NCBI GenBank assembly: GCA_964609895.1
Contig: CAZSTG010000004.1
Location: forward strand, 16,288-80,287
Length of the DNA: 64,000 nucleotides
Reading direction: 5' to 3'
Origin: an uncultured Gammaproteobacteria bacterium
GTDB lineage: Bacteria; Patescibacteriota; Microgenomatia; UBA10105; UBA927
The first letter of the stretch is position 1; the number at the start of each line of letters is the position of its first letter. Made by a program: the position numbers and the translations under genes. This document shows positions 27,143 to 37,146 of the stretch, piece by piece. Below the pieces are notes generated by a model. The model saw nothing but the letters and a program-made list of their open reading frames with translations, ran no database searches and was not told the origin of the DNA.

Positions 27143-27844
27143 TTAAGACACATGTTTCTCTTTCGATTCCGACACAACTTTTCCCTTCTCCAAATGAATG
27201 ATACGTTGAAATAAATATTTAAACTTTTCTATAGTGTGCGAGCTGGCAACCACTGTTATATCCTTTTGACGAATTAAGCGCTGCAATGTCCTTTTTGTTT
27301 TTCGTCTATAATTAGCATCACCCACGTTAATCATTTCATCAAGTATCAGAATATCGGGCTCTGAATGAATGGCTATTGCAAAACCTAGCCGTAACATCAT
27401 TCCGCTTGAATACGTAAACAACGGCACATCAATAAACCTTCCTATGTCGGCATATGTAATAATTGCTGCGAGTTTCTGATCTATCTCCTTCTTCGACATA
27501 CCAAGCAACATACCGTTAATATAGATATTTTGTAGGCCGGTTAGATCACTGTGAAATCCTGCTTCAAGTCCAATAAGCGATATTATTTTCCCTTCGGTGT
27601 AAACCCGACCACGGGTCGGTGTACAGATACCGGAAAGAATTTTTAAAAGGGTCGTTTTCCCTGATCCGTTGGGACCAACGAAACCGACGCTTTCACCCTT
27701 ATGAATAGTTAAATTAATGGTGTCGAGAGCGAGAAACCGTTCGTCTTTGCCATTAATAAGTTTTTCAACAAGAGTAGGTTTTTCATGATGGATAATATAC
27801 TCTTTGGATATATGATCCAGTTTAATAGCAACAGTATTTTTCAT
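27143..27844 (-). CDS. ABC transporter ATP-binding protein (Wzt/TagH/KpsT-like glycan exporter)
   Basis: Walker A GPNGSGKTTLLKILSG. ABC signature and Walker B ILILDE. Start trimmed to MKNTVAIKLDHISKEY at 27842-27844. Confidence 0.8.
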   Translation of the reverse strand: MKNTVAIKLDHISKEYIIHHEKPTLVEKLINGKDERFLALDTINLTIHKGESVGFVGPNGSGKTTLLKILSGICTPTRGRVYTEGKIISLIGLEAGFHSDLTGLQNIYINGMLLGMSKKEIDQKLAAIITYADIGRFIDVPLFTYSSGMMLRLGFAIAIHSEPDILILDEMINVGDANYRRKTKRTLQRLIRQKDITVVASSHTIEKFKYLFQRIIHLEKGKVVSESKEKHVS

Positions 27845-27848
27845 AGTA

Positions 27849-28616
27849 TTAAATCCAATCATCAAAATTTTTACTCTCTCTCCGAAAGATAAGAATGCCA
27901 AGTGCCGCTATCAAAACAATCAGAGCACTATTTATCTGAAGCATCCGAGAACTCGGAAAAGGCAGGTTTAAAAAACTGTGCTGCAATATAAGAACAATAG
28001 ACGTCATGGGATTAAAATTCCATAAAAAAAGTAATCGTTCTGGAATAACAGACAGGGTATACACAATGGGTGTCGCGTAGAACCACACGGTAAGGAGTGC
28101 TTGAGTAAAAAATGCGACATCACGATATTTTACATGAAGGGCACTTGTCAGAAGACTTAAGCCGGTAGTAAAAACCAACAATAGTATGAGTGCAAAAAAC
28201 AGACTCGGCAGCCTTGCAATAACCTCAAATCCGCCTACTGTTGCGATAATTCCCAATATAAAAAGCGCTAATAAAAAATTAAAAAAATCTGCTAAAATGA
28301 TGGACATCGGAATTACTTCTCTAGGAAAAGCTGCTTTTTTTACCAAAGACCGTTCGTGGACAATGCATTGAGTCGTCTTAGAAAGGGAAATATTAAAAAA
28401 CCCCCATGCCAATAATCCCGTAAACAAATAATAATACTGATTTTGTATTTGCTGCTTAAAAATAAACTGGAAAATAAACCCGATGACAAGCATCTGCAGC
28501 ACTGGATTAATCACCATCCATAAAAAACCAAAAGCTGTATGTTTATAACGTACACGCAATTCTTTATCCGTTAAAGTAAATAACAGTGATATAAAATACC
28601 GTAAGCGCTTCATCAT
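27849..28616 (-). CDS. ABC-2 type transporter permease (Wzm/TagG-like)
   Basis: 6 TM segments. Sits immediately upstream of the ATPase. Start trimmed to MMKRLRYF (track ORF extends to 28676). Confidence 0.7.
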   Translation of the reverse strand: MMKRLRYFISLLFTLTDKELRVRYKHTAFGFLWMVINPVLQMLVIGFIFQFIFKQQIQNQYYYLFTGLLAWGFFNISLSKTTQCIVHERSLVKKAAFPREVIPMSIILADFFNFLLALFILGIIATVGGFEVIARLPSLFFALILLLVFTTGLSLLTSALHVKYRDVAFFTQALLTVWFYATPIVYTLSVIPERLLFLWNFNPMTSIVLILQHSFLNLPFPSSRMLQINSALIVLIAALGILIFRRESKNFDDWI

Positions 28617-28658
28617 CAAGGGGATTATACTACATACTGTTCCTTTTTTGTCTATGGT

Positions 28659-29267
28659 ATGATAAGAAAAACGCATTCCAACAATGAATATATGACTGCT
28701 GTATCACCACACATTTCAGTCTATAAAAGACCTCCCAAACAGATACATGAACAAATTAAACAACTCGGTTATATTTGTTTTGCTAACAAAAAACTAAGTG
28801 AAGTAGAACAGAAAATAAATCAAGACCAGATAACGGCAGATAAACCAGAAAAAGTTATAGTTGCAGTGGAAAATGGCGCGCTTCTTGGAAGAATAAAAAT
28901 ATTCAAAAGAGCTTCAGTATTTGATAACACCCGTATCACTATTGGAGGAATAGGTGGAGTCTGTGTGGAACCACATGTGAGAAATCAGGGAATCGGTTCT
29001 CGTTTACTCCGCGCCGCTTTGGTGGAAATCAAAAAAAGTAATGTTGATATTGCTCTCCTTCTTGTTGATTCTAAGAACAAAAAGGCAATTTCACTGTATC
29101 AAAAATTTGGCTTCACCCTCTTACAAAATAACGTTCTCTACACGGGTAAATCAGGAACACTATATACACAAAAAGGTGCGATGATAGCACCAATACGATC
29201 CAATAACATATACTCCAAGATATGCACCGTAAAAATCCCTGTACATATCGGTTGTGGTAATTTTTAA
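28659..29267 (+). CDS. GNAT family N-acetyltransferase
   Basis: 202 aa. Acetyl-CoA-binding motif GGVCVEPHVRNQGIGSRLLRAAL. Confidence 0.7.
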   Translation: MIRKTHSNNEYMTAVSPHISVYKRPPKQIHEQIKQLGYICFANKKLSEVEQKINQDQITADKPEKVIVAVENGALLGRIKIFKRASVFDNTRITIGGIGGVCVEPHVRNQGIGSRLLRAALVEIKKSNVDIALLLVDSKNKKAISLYQKFGFTLLQNNVLYTGKSGTLYTQKGAMIAPIRSNNIYSKICTVKIPVHIGCGNF

Positions 29268-29317
29268 TTACTTGCTATACTACTAGCACTCTGCCACCAA
29301 CAAATACGCTGCTCCTT

Positions 29318-30289
29318 GTGCGATATAATACATTGCTTATGTATCAGCTCCAATTACTAAAAACCACGATTGCAAATGGCTTTCTTCATGTTGTCATACG
29401 GCTTACTCCACCAATATATGCAAAAAAATATTCCAAAACCACTGGCATAATAACAAAAATTGGGCATAAGTATATAACAATGTATATATTGATGATGAAG
29501 ACGTTTGTGTTCTTTTCTAAACTCTCGCTTGCCACCTGTGTCATTGATGATGGAACATTGACAAAACACGACAAACAAGTTCTTGCAAAACACGTCAGAA
29601 ATATTCGCATCATCAGTGCTTCTGCCGGTCTGAAAGCGGTAAAAAAAATAAAAACAAGATACCCATATATATATAGATACCGCATGGAGACTCATCCAGA
29701 TCTATTTACCCACAACACATGTCTATATGATCTTACGCAGTTGTCAGGATTTAAAAAATTTATTATTCTTGACGCGGATATAGTTTTTTTTAAAAAACCG
29801 ACAACCATTATTAATTGGGTGAATTCAAAAAATGAGCGCACGTATTATATGGCGTTTCCATCCAGCTATCTGTACGCAACAAGTGGATGGGGGAGAATAA
29901 TCCTACAGATTTTTTCCACACTTTGGAAATCAGATATTCCTGTGTTATTTAATGACGGTATTATTTGTGGATATAAGCACTGGTTTACATTAGACGTGCT
30001 CGAGCGACATACGAAAATGGTCTATGCGTATGGATTGCAACATTCTTGGATCAGTCTTATTCTTATCTGGTCAGGCATCTTTTTGCATTTTTCTAAAAAC
30101 CCAAAAACTCCAATCTCACCGCTTCCGGCAGTACACTATGGCATTTTAACTGTAAAAACGCTCCAGTCTCGTCTTAGAAACGCCGTGTTCTCCTATACGT
30201 GTCTACATTATATCGGCCCATTTAAAAACCTGTATCTACCATTGGACGCATATAAGCTATTTATTTCTTACTGCACACATAATCTATGA
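29318..30289 (+). CDS. hypothetical protein, tandem paralog A of uncharacterised DxD family (putative nucleotide-sugar transferase)
   Basis: 323 aa. Shares motifs with the next gene: DDGTLTKHDK / DDGTLTTKDK, ILDADIVFFKKPTTIINW / LLDSDVLFFSRPTAIIDW, and CLHY / IHYH near the C-terminus. Confidence 0.45.
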   Translation: MRYNTLLMYQLQLLKTTIANGFLHVVIRLTPPIYAKKYSKTTGIITKIGHKYITMYILMMKTFVFFSKLSLATCVIDDGTLTKHDKQVLAKHVRNIRIISASAGLKAVKKIKTRYPYIYRYRMETHPDLFTHNTCLYDLTQLSGFKKFIILDADIVFFKKPTTIINWVNSKNERTYYMAFPSSYLYATSGWGRIILQIFSTLWKSDIPVLFNDGIICGYKHWFTLDVLERHTKMVYAYGLQHSWISLILIWSGIFLHFSKNPKTPISPLPAVHYGILTVKTLQSRLRNAVFSYTCLHYIGPFKNLYLPLDAYKLFISYCTHNL

Positions 30290-31227
30290 ACATGGTACTC
30301 AAAAACACAAGGCAAAAACTGATAAAAACGCTTGTGTATCTTCTGTTGCAATGTACAAAACCGGTTGTACTTAATCAAACACAATATAATGTGTCATTTT
30401 GCTCCATGGTGTCTCATAATCATCTCCTCCTCTATATAGTCGCTATCAAATCGTTCATCTATTGGTCACATCTCCATCTGCCAGCAATGATTGTTGATGA
30501 TGGAACACTGACAACAAAAGATAAAGCACTGCTTACTTATCACCTGAAACATTGCCTTGTTATATCAAAAAAAACAGCGGATAAAAAAGCAAAACGGGAG
30601 CTTCGGGCTTATCCTCATTGTCTCACATACAGATTAGATACAACTCACGACATCGAAACACATAATCAAAAATTATTTGACCCTTTTTTATTGTGTCGAA
30701 CGGACTATTTCATTCTTTTGGATTCTGATGTCCTATTCTTTTCCCGCCCCACTGCAATCATTGATTGGATCAAAAGCGACAAAAAACATTTTGTGTATAT
30801 GCAATATAACCCCTTGTATATACAGACATGCAACACATGGGGAATGCTAACAATGAAAATTTTTGCAAAGCTCGTTGGAAATCCAAGTGCAGTTAAACTC
30901 AATTCCGGACTCGTATGCGGCAAAACGTCATTATTTTCACTTGCGAAAGCTGAGCAACTTTGCGCTGCCTATTTTACCTACAGATTAAACCGTACTTGGT
31001 TGGGAGATCAGCCGGTTCTTGCACAGATATTCCTGTCTGAAAAAAAATCAGTCACTAAAAAATCCGGCTTACCAAGCGATACGTTTTGCATACTCACAGA
31101 TGCCAATATGAGAAAAAACTTGTGGAAAAAGGCGTGTATCCACTATCATACAGGCATAAATAAACATCTTTGTTTTATAGACAGTATTCGCTTATTGCTG
31201 AAAACTCAGCTTTTTACAAAATCATAG
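30286..31227 (+). CDS. hypothetical protein, tandem paralog B of the same DxD family
   Basis: 313 aa. ATGA overlap with paralog A. Roughly 30 percent identity to it by eye over the full length. Confidence 0.45.
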   Translation: MNMVLKNTRQKLIKTLVYLLLQCTKPVVLNQTQYNVSFCSMVSHNHLLLYIVAIKSFIYWSHLHLPAMIVDDGTLTTKDKALLTYHLKHCLVISKKTADKKAKRELRAYPHCLTYRLDTTHDIETHNQKLFDPFLLCRTDYFILLDSDVLFFSRPTAIIDWIKSDKKHFVYMQYNPLYIQTCNTWGMLTMKIFAKLVGNPSAVKLNSGLVCGKTSLFSLAKAEQLCAAYFTYRLNRTWLGDQPVLAQIFLSEKKSVTKKSGLPSDTFCILTDANMRKNLWKKACIHYHTGINKHLCFIDSIRLLLKTQLFTKS

Positions 31228-31232
31228 AGTAA

Positions 31233-31979
31233 TTGACAGTATTACATATGAAACACCAATATAGTAATTTTGTCATTCTTACGACACAAAGAACAGGTTC
31301 TACCTATATTGCGCATCTGTTGGATTCCCATCCGTCCGTCGTATCTTATGGCGAAATATTCCACCGGTTCGGCGTTGGTTGGGGAAGCAGGACACAGCGC
31401 ACAAACACGAGGTGGTTATTCTATATGCGCAACATCTTTCCCATCGTGTTTCTCAACACGCAGGTGTTTCATGCATATCCGTCAAACATTCGTGCTGTCG
31501 GTTTTAAACTGATGTACGGTCAAGCTACCCGTTTTCCGTCAGTTCTGCGGTACCTTGCAAATCAGCAAAGTACTATTATTTTTCTCAACCGCAAAAACCT
31601 ACTCGAGTCACTCGTATCACTCAAACGCGCGCAGTATTCCCGTATTTGGACTCTCAAATCAGCATCGGAAAAACCAGCAATCCACATATATATAGATGAA
31701 CAGGAGTGTCTCAATTATTTTATGGAGACGGATTGTCTTCATCGGCAATTCTGTGCGTATTTCAAAAAAAACCCTTCCATGCAGATATATTATGAGGACG
31801 TGTGTCAGAAAGGGACGCATGGACTTGATGCGGTGCAGCGTTTTTTGGCAATCCCCAGAAAACCGCTCTCTTCTCCAATTACAAAACTGAGAGGAGCTCC
31901 GCTAGAGGAAACGGTAGTAAATTACTTCGAGTTGAAAAAAAAGTTTTCCAAAACGAAATGGGCATCATTTTTTCCATGA
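31233..31979 (+). CDS. putative sulfotransferase (Stf0/Sulfotransfer_3-like PAPS-binding N-terminus)
   Basis: N-terminal motif NFVILTTQRTGSTYIAHLL resembles the 5'-PSB loop (x-R-[ST]-G-S-T) of Stf0-type carbohydrate sulfotransferases. About 245 aa. Confidence 0.45.
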   Translation: MTVLHMKHQYSNFVILTTQRTGSTYIAHLLDSHPSVVSYGEIFHRFGVGWGSRTQRTNTRWLFYMRNIFPIVFLNTQVFHAYPSNIRAVGFKLMYGQATRFPSVLRYLANQQSTIIFLNRKNLLESLVSLKRAQYSRIWTLKSASEKPAIHIYIDEQECLNYFMETDCLHRQFCAYFKKNPSMQIYYEDVCQKGTHGLDAVQRFLAIPRKPLSSPITKLRGAPLEETVVNYFELKKKFSKTKWASFFP

Positions 31980-33022
31980 AACGCATTTTATATATATCAT
32001 CGACAGACGAATCAGCTTCCATCCAAAATACGGAAAGAAGAAAGGCTTTGTTGCAGGAGCTCGGTTTTTCCGTCACTCTGTATACGTCAAAACAACAGGG
32101 TCTTTCGGAACTGCTGCAGTTGATTCCACACATACACACCTATACCATGCTCTATATACGTATTGACGGATCCTGTCGCCTTGACAAATTCAGCTTTCTC
32201 AAACTTATTCGTCCTTCACTCAGAATCGTTTGGGAAATTCATGGATTTCCGGAAGAAAATGATAGAAACAGCCACAGTGCACGTACTCATGGGCTCAGTG
32301 CGATCAAGAGACTGGTATATTCCGCATGTGCAAACGGGTATGTTTTTGTCTCTGAAGAGTTGCAGCAATATGCAAAGAAAAAAATACTTCGGCGTCCTCA
32401 AACCGTCATTCCAAATTTTATTCCGTCCGGTTTCAAACAATCCTTTAAACATACGCCGTCCAAAACCCTTAGGTCAAAAGGCACATCGCTTCGATATGTT
32501 TTATGGACCGGCAATGGAGCGTATCCGTGGCATGCGCTCGATATACTCGAACAGGTGGCAAAACTGTCTTACCGGCGCAATAAACATATTCGGTTTATAG
32601 TAATTTCCCCATATCTTTGGCATACGTTTTCCTGGTATCGGAATATCCTGTTTATCGCAGGGGCTCCCAATACCGTGGTACAGAAGTATATTGGGCAAAG
32701 TGATGTGTGTCTTGCGCTGTATCACAAACCGCCCGCATGCCCGTTTTATTTTTCTCCGTTGAAAATTCTCGACTATATGATCAACAAAAAACCTGTTATT
32801 GCAACAGGGTTAGGGCAAATAAACACAGTAATAGCCGATGGGATTAACGGGTATGTCACGGATAATGAGCCTGAAGACATCGTGGAAAAAATTCAGTATC
32901 TCATAACTCACCCTAAGGAAAGAACCGCGATGGGGGATAAGGGGTATGATACCATCACTTGCCAAAGGTCATATGCTAAGGCAAAAAAAGCGTATCAGGC
33001 ATTTTTTAATAAAATATGGTAA
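31958..33022 (+). CDS. glycosyltransferase family 4 (GT-B fold)
   Basis: C-terminal GT4 signature KKPVIATGLGQINTVIADGINGYV. Confidence 0.65.
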   Translation: MGIIFSMKRILYISSTDESASIQNTERRKALLQELGFSVTLYTSKQQGLSELLQLIPHIHTYTMLYIRIDGSCRLDKFSFLKLIRPSLRIVWEIHGFPEENDRNSHSARTHGLSAIKRLVYSACANGYVFVSEELQQYAKKKILRRPQTVIPNFIPSGFKQSFKHTPSKTLRSKGTSLRYVLWTGNGAYPWHALDILEQVAKLSYRRNKHIRFIVISPYLWHTFSWYRNILFIAGAPNTVVQKYIGQSDVCLALYHKPPACPFYFSPLKILDYMINKKPVIATGLGQINTVIADGINGYVTDNEPEDIVEKIQYLITHPKERTAMGDKGYDTITCQRSYAKAKKAYQAFFNKIW

Positions 33023-34236
33023 TAAACCAACAAAAAAAGGCCGTTGTTATCGTACTAGATGAATTTTTCACAAGCGGTATCACCACATTTATTTATTCCT
33101 ATTCCCAGTATCTTCTCTCAGCTGGGTTTGATGTGATTTTGATAGGCAAATCAAAAAATGAATCATGGATCACCCAAAAATTTCATGGGTGTACCCTGTA
33201 CACATTCTCCGAAACCAAACCAGCAAAATTACTCGGAGAAAAGCTGATAACCTATATTCAAAACGTTTTCTGGTACGCCAAGTTGTTTCGAAAAGTACGC
33301 CATAAACATTCCATTCTTGCAGTTCATTTTAATCAGGTGCTCTCAGCTTTTGGCATTCTGCTGTTTTCCCCTTCGGTCTATAGATATCAAAGAATATATA
33401 CGTTTCATGGAGACAGAGCGCAGGAACTCCAAAGTGAACAAGTGGAGCATCCTGTCCGCATACTACATATTGCCGTCATGCAACAGTTGCAGCGTTTTGT
33501 TTTACATCACTGCTCAGCTGTTGTTGCAGTAAGTCTGTATGGACTCAAAAGATTACGCGAGTTACGAACGCCAAATAGTAGATATATTCCTAATGGTATA
33601 TTTATGGATACAACTGGCGCGCGGGGAATAAAAAAAGAAAAAAAACTACAGCGTATGCAATACCATTGCATCAACATATCTCGATTCGAACCGCGAAAAG
33701 GACATATTCTCTTGCTACATGCTATGCGTCAGTTACTCCAAAAAAATATACCCATACAAACGACAATTGCCGGACCTGTTTCAAGTGAGTTATTACCGAT
33801 TCTATACGAATATGGACGGTTAAAATTAACCTCGCATATACGATTCTGTTATCAACCAGACACCGAGACGCAAGCGGCTCTCCTCCGGACGGCTGATCTC
33901 TTTATCATGCCGTCTGTCGCACTAGAAAACTGCCCCTTTACCATTATCGAGGCGCTTGCACACGGAATACCTGTTATCGGAACTCCTGTCGGAGGCATAC
34001 CGGAAATGCTTGAAAAAATCGACTCCCGCCTGATAGCCAAACAGGCTCGTCCGGAGGATCTGGCAAAAACAATTTTATGGTATCTGCGCCTGCCCGCATC
34101 ACAAAAACAGACCATACGGGCAACATGCCGAATCACGGCACAAACCTATTACAATGCTGCGATCAACTATAAAAAATATGTGCGGCTCTATCAGAAGGCA
34201 AAGCGCTCGAACTCCGCTGATAAAAATGTGCAATAA
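33016..34236 (+). CDS. glycosyltransferase family 4
   Basis: EALAHGIPVIGTPVGGIPEML (E-x7-E-like GT4 motif). Confidence 0.7.
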   Translation: MVINQQKKAVVIVLDEFFTSGITTFIYSYSQYLLSAGFDVILIGKSKNESWITQKFHGCTLYTFSETKPAKLLGEKLITYIQNVFWYAKLFRKVRHKHSILAVHFNQVLSAFGILLFSPSVYRYQRIYTFHGDRAQELQSEQVEHPVRILHIAVMQQLQRFVLHHCSAVVAVSLYGLKRLRELRTPNSRYIPNGIFMDTTGARGIKKEKKLQRMQYHCINISRFEPRKGHILLLHAMRQLLQKNIPIQTTIAGPVSSELLPILYEYGRLKLTSHIRFCYQPDTETQAALLRTADLFIMPSVALENCPFTIIEALAHGIPVIGTPVGGIPEMLEKIDSRLIAKQARPEDLAKTILWYLRLPASQKQTIRATCRITAQTYYNAAINYKKYVRLYQKAKRSNSADKNVQ

Positions 34237-34314
34237 AACTGTCACAGGGAGAGCTTCCATGATATACTATACTATTGAATTTGAGCGTATATACAATCTT
34301 TGTTGTAACACACT

Positions 34315-36174
34315 ATGAAAAAAAGGCCGAAGAAAACAGCAGATAACCAAAAGCCGATGAAAATGGCTGAATTCAGGATCAATTTTAACCTTAAAAACAT
34401 CGTCATCGGTTTGCTTATTCTGTTCGTTATTTTTTCTATGTTTGAAAACATGTCCGGTGCCGGAGCTTCAATCACTGAACAACCGTTCACGTCCGTCATC
34501 TCAGATATTAAAGAAAACAAAATCAAAAAAATTGAAGTTGAAGATTCCAAGCTTTCCGTTGTATATACGGACGGAAAAAAAGTGCTGTCGTACAAAGAAC
34601 CGCAGGATTCATTATATTCAATCCTTGAAAAATCCGGTATTGATCCGAAAACAGTGGAAATAAAGGTAAAAGACTTTAACGCGGGACAGCTGTGGATGGG
34701 GATACTTTCAAATGTTTTACCATTGATCCTCACTGTTGTATTTTTTCTGTTTCTGTTTAGACAGGCAAGGGGAGCACAGGATAATGTTTTTTCATTTGGA
34801 CAAAGCAAGGCAAAATTATGGAACAAAGATTTGCCGAAAATCACATTTGCAGACGTTGCGGGAGTGGATGAGGCAAAAAATGAAGTGATGGAGATTGTAG
34901 ATTTTCTCAAAAACCCAGCAAAATACAAAGCCCTCGGCGCCAGAACACCCAAAGGTGTTATTCTTGTCGGCCCATCAGGAACAGGAAAAACGCTCCTTGC
35001 CAAAGCTATGGCCGGAGAAGCAAAAGTACCGTTCTATTCCATCGCGGGAAGTGAATTTATGGAAATGCTTGTCGGTGTGGGAGCTGCCCGTGTCAGAGAC
35101 CTGTTTGCGACGGCTAAAAAAACAGCTCCGGCAATTATCTTCATTGATGAAATAGATGCAATCGGTAGAATGCGCTCTGTTGGCGCCATGGGCGGACATG
35201 ATGAACGGGAACAGACGTTAAACCAGATACTGGTGGAAATGGACGGATTTGAACCGAATACAGCAGTCCTCGTGGTCGCGGCAACAAACCGTGGAGATCT
35301 TCTTGATCCTGCGCTTACCCGTCCGGGAAGGTTTGACAGACGGGTAACACTGGATCTGCCGGACATGGAAGGCCGAAAATCAATCCTTAAAATTCATGCC
35401 AAAGGAAAGCCATTAGCACCGACGGTTGACTGGGATAAAGTCGCAAAGCGTACCGTCGGATTTTCCGGTGCCGATCTTGAAAACATGCTCAATGAGTCAG
35501 CTATTCATGCGGCGCGTCAGGATAAGAAAGTTATTTCCTATGGCGACATAGAAGAATCCGCAACAAAAGTAAAACTCGGACCGGAAAAGAAACGGCTACA
35601 AAGCGACACAGACCGAAAAATGACCGCCTGCCATGAAGCTGGACATGCAGTGGTGAATTACCATCTAATGGATATGGACAAAGTCCACAGAATTTCCATC
35701 ATATCCCGTGGTATGGCACTCGGTTATACGCTCACTCCACCTGAAAAAGACCGGCTGCATGAAACAAAATCACATCTTATCAACCAGATTGCAACAATGA
35801 TGGGAGGACGGGCTGCTGAGGCACTCATCTACAAAGACGTGACGAGCGGCGCTGCCAGTGACATCGATCAGGCAACCAGAATTGCACGATATATGGTGAT
35901 GGAATTCGGTATGAGCCCGCTTGGTCCCATTAATTTCGGACCGAATATGGACGTCACAGAATGGGGCAAGTCACTCATGGAAAATCAGCAAATCTCTCCG
36001 GAAATGCTCGGGAAAATTGACGCGGAAATTCAAAAATTTGTGTTTGAAGGATACCAGACAGCGGAAAATATTCTGAAGAAATACAAAAAACAGCTGGAAC
36101 TAGTTACCAAAGCACTGGTTGAGAAAGAGACGCTAGAAGGGGACGAGTTTGAAGAACTCATGAAAAATTCATAA
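34315..36174 (+). CDS. ftsH: ATP-dependent zinc metalloprotease FtsH
   Basis: 619 aa. Two N-terminal TM segments. AAA Walker A GPSGTGKTLLAKA. SRH and zinc motif HEAGHAV. Confidence 0.9.
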   Translation: MKKRPKKTADNQKPMKMAEFRINFNLKNIVIGLLILFVIFSMFENMSGAGASITEQPFTSVISDIKENKIKKIEVEDSKLSVVYTDGKKVLSYKEPQDSLYSILEKSGIDPKTVEIKVKDFNAGQLWMGILSNVLPLILTVVFFLFLFRQARGAQDNVFSFGQSKAKLWNKDLPKITFADVAGVDEAKNEVMEIVDFLKNPAKYKALGARTPKGVILVGPSGTGKTLLAKAMAGEAKVPFYSIAGSEFMEMLVGVGAARVRDLFATAKKTAPAIIFIDEIDAIGRMRSVGAMGGHDEREQTLNQILVEMDGFEPNTAVLVVAATNRGDLLDPALTRPGRFDRRVTLDLPDMEGRKSILKIHAKGKPLAPTVDWDKVAKRTVGFSGADLENMLNESAIHAARQDKKVISYGDIEESATKVKLGPEKKRLQSDTDRKMTACHEAGHAVVNYHLMDMDKVHRISIISRGMALGYTLTPPEKDRLHETKSHLINQIATMMGGRAAEALIYKDVTSGAASDIDQATRIARYMVMEFGMSPLGPINFGPNMDVTEWGKSLMENQQISPEMLGKIDAEIQKFVFEGYQTAENILKKYKKQLELVTKALVEKETLEGDEFEELMKNS

Positions 36175-36189
36175 AAACAGCACATACCT

Positions 36190-37131
36190 GTGAATCGCCT
36201 CATTATCATTGACGGAAACGCAATTTTACACCGTGCCTTTCACGCACTTCCTCCGCTTACCGCGCCAAACGGCACAACAGTAAATGCGGTGTATGGCTTC
36301 ACTTCTATGCTTCTCAGACTTGTCAATGATCTTTCGCCGACACATCTTGCGGTCGCCTTCGACCGTCCGGCGCCGACGTTCAGAAAAAACCTGTATGAGG
36401 GGTACCAGATCAAGCGGCCAAAAATGGATGAGGGGCTTGCGACGCAGATACCACTAGTGCATGACGTTATTCACGCAATGGAAATTCCCGTATTTGAAAT
36501 GGACGGCTTTGAGGCGGATGATGTCATTGGAACGTTGTGCAGCCATCACACCAAAACCATGGATCAGATCATCATTGTGACGGGAGACAGAGATCTCTTG
36601 CAACTAGTTACAGAAAAGATCAAACTGTATATGCCGACCAAAGGACTCTCTGAAGCAAAACTCTACGGCATTCAGGAAACCATTGAACGGTTAGGTGTTC
36701 CCCCGAAACAGATACCGGATTATAAAGCACTCGCAGGTGACAGCTCGGACAACTATCCGGGAGTACCGGGAATCGGTCCAAAAACCGCATCAGAACTGCT
36801 CCGCATCTATCCATCTATCGACGAAATCTATAAACATATACACAACGCGACCATCAAACCGCTTCTGCAACACAAACTGCAGACCGGTAAAGAGCTTGCG
36901 TTCCTCTCTAAAAAACTTGCCACTATACACCGTGATGTTCCTATACAAAGACAGGTCAAACCTATTGTGACATCCCAACTATCAACAGACCGTGTACGTG
37001 CCCTGCTGCAGCAATTTGGGTTCAATTCACTCATAAAACGGATGGAGCAGCCCAAGGAAGTACCCACGAAGGCAGACAGAAAAAAAGAGGAAAGAAAAAA
37101 AGTTATCGATGAACAAATGTCACTGATATAA
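36190..37131 (+). CDS. 5'-3' exonuclease / flap endonuclease (Pol I N-terminal-domain homolog)
   Basis: 313 aa. MNRLIIIDGNAILHRAFHALP... FEN acidic clusters and a helix-hairpin-helix region. Confidence 0.8.
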   Translation: MNRLIIIDGNAILHRAFHALPPLTAPNGTTVNAVYGFTSMLLRLVNDLSPTHLAVAFDRPAPTFRKNLYEGYQIKRPKMDEGLATQIPLVHDVIHAMEIPVFEMDGFEADDVIGTLCSHHTKTMDQIIIVTGDRDLLQLVTEKIKLYMPTKGLSEAKLYGIQETIERLGVPPKQIPDYKALAGDSSDNYPGVPGIGPKTASELLRIYPSIDEIYKHIHNATIKPLLQHKLQTGKELAFLSKKLATIHRDVPIQRQVKPIVTSQLSTDRVRALLQQFGFNSLIKRMEQPKEVPTKADRKKEERKKVIDEQMSLI

Positions 37132-37146
37132 TCAAGAGAGAGATAT

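Noticed and set aside
27849-27901. 53-nt overlap between ABC ATPase and permease ORFs as annotated in the track
   Set aside because: An internal ATG (MKNTVAIKLDHISKEY, 27842-27844) gives a canonical ABC N-terminus and removes the overlap. The long form is probably an over-extension.
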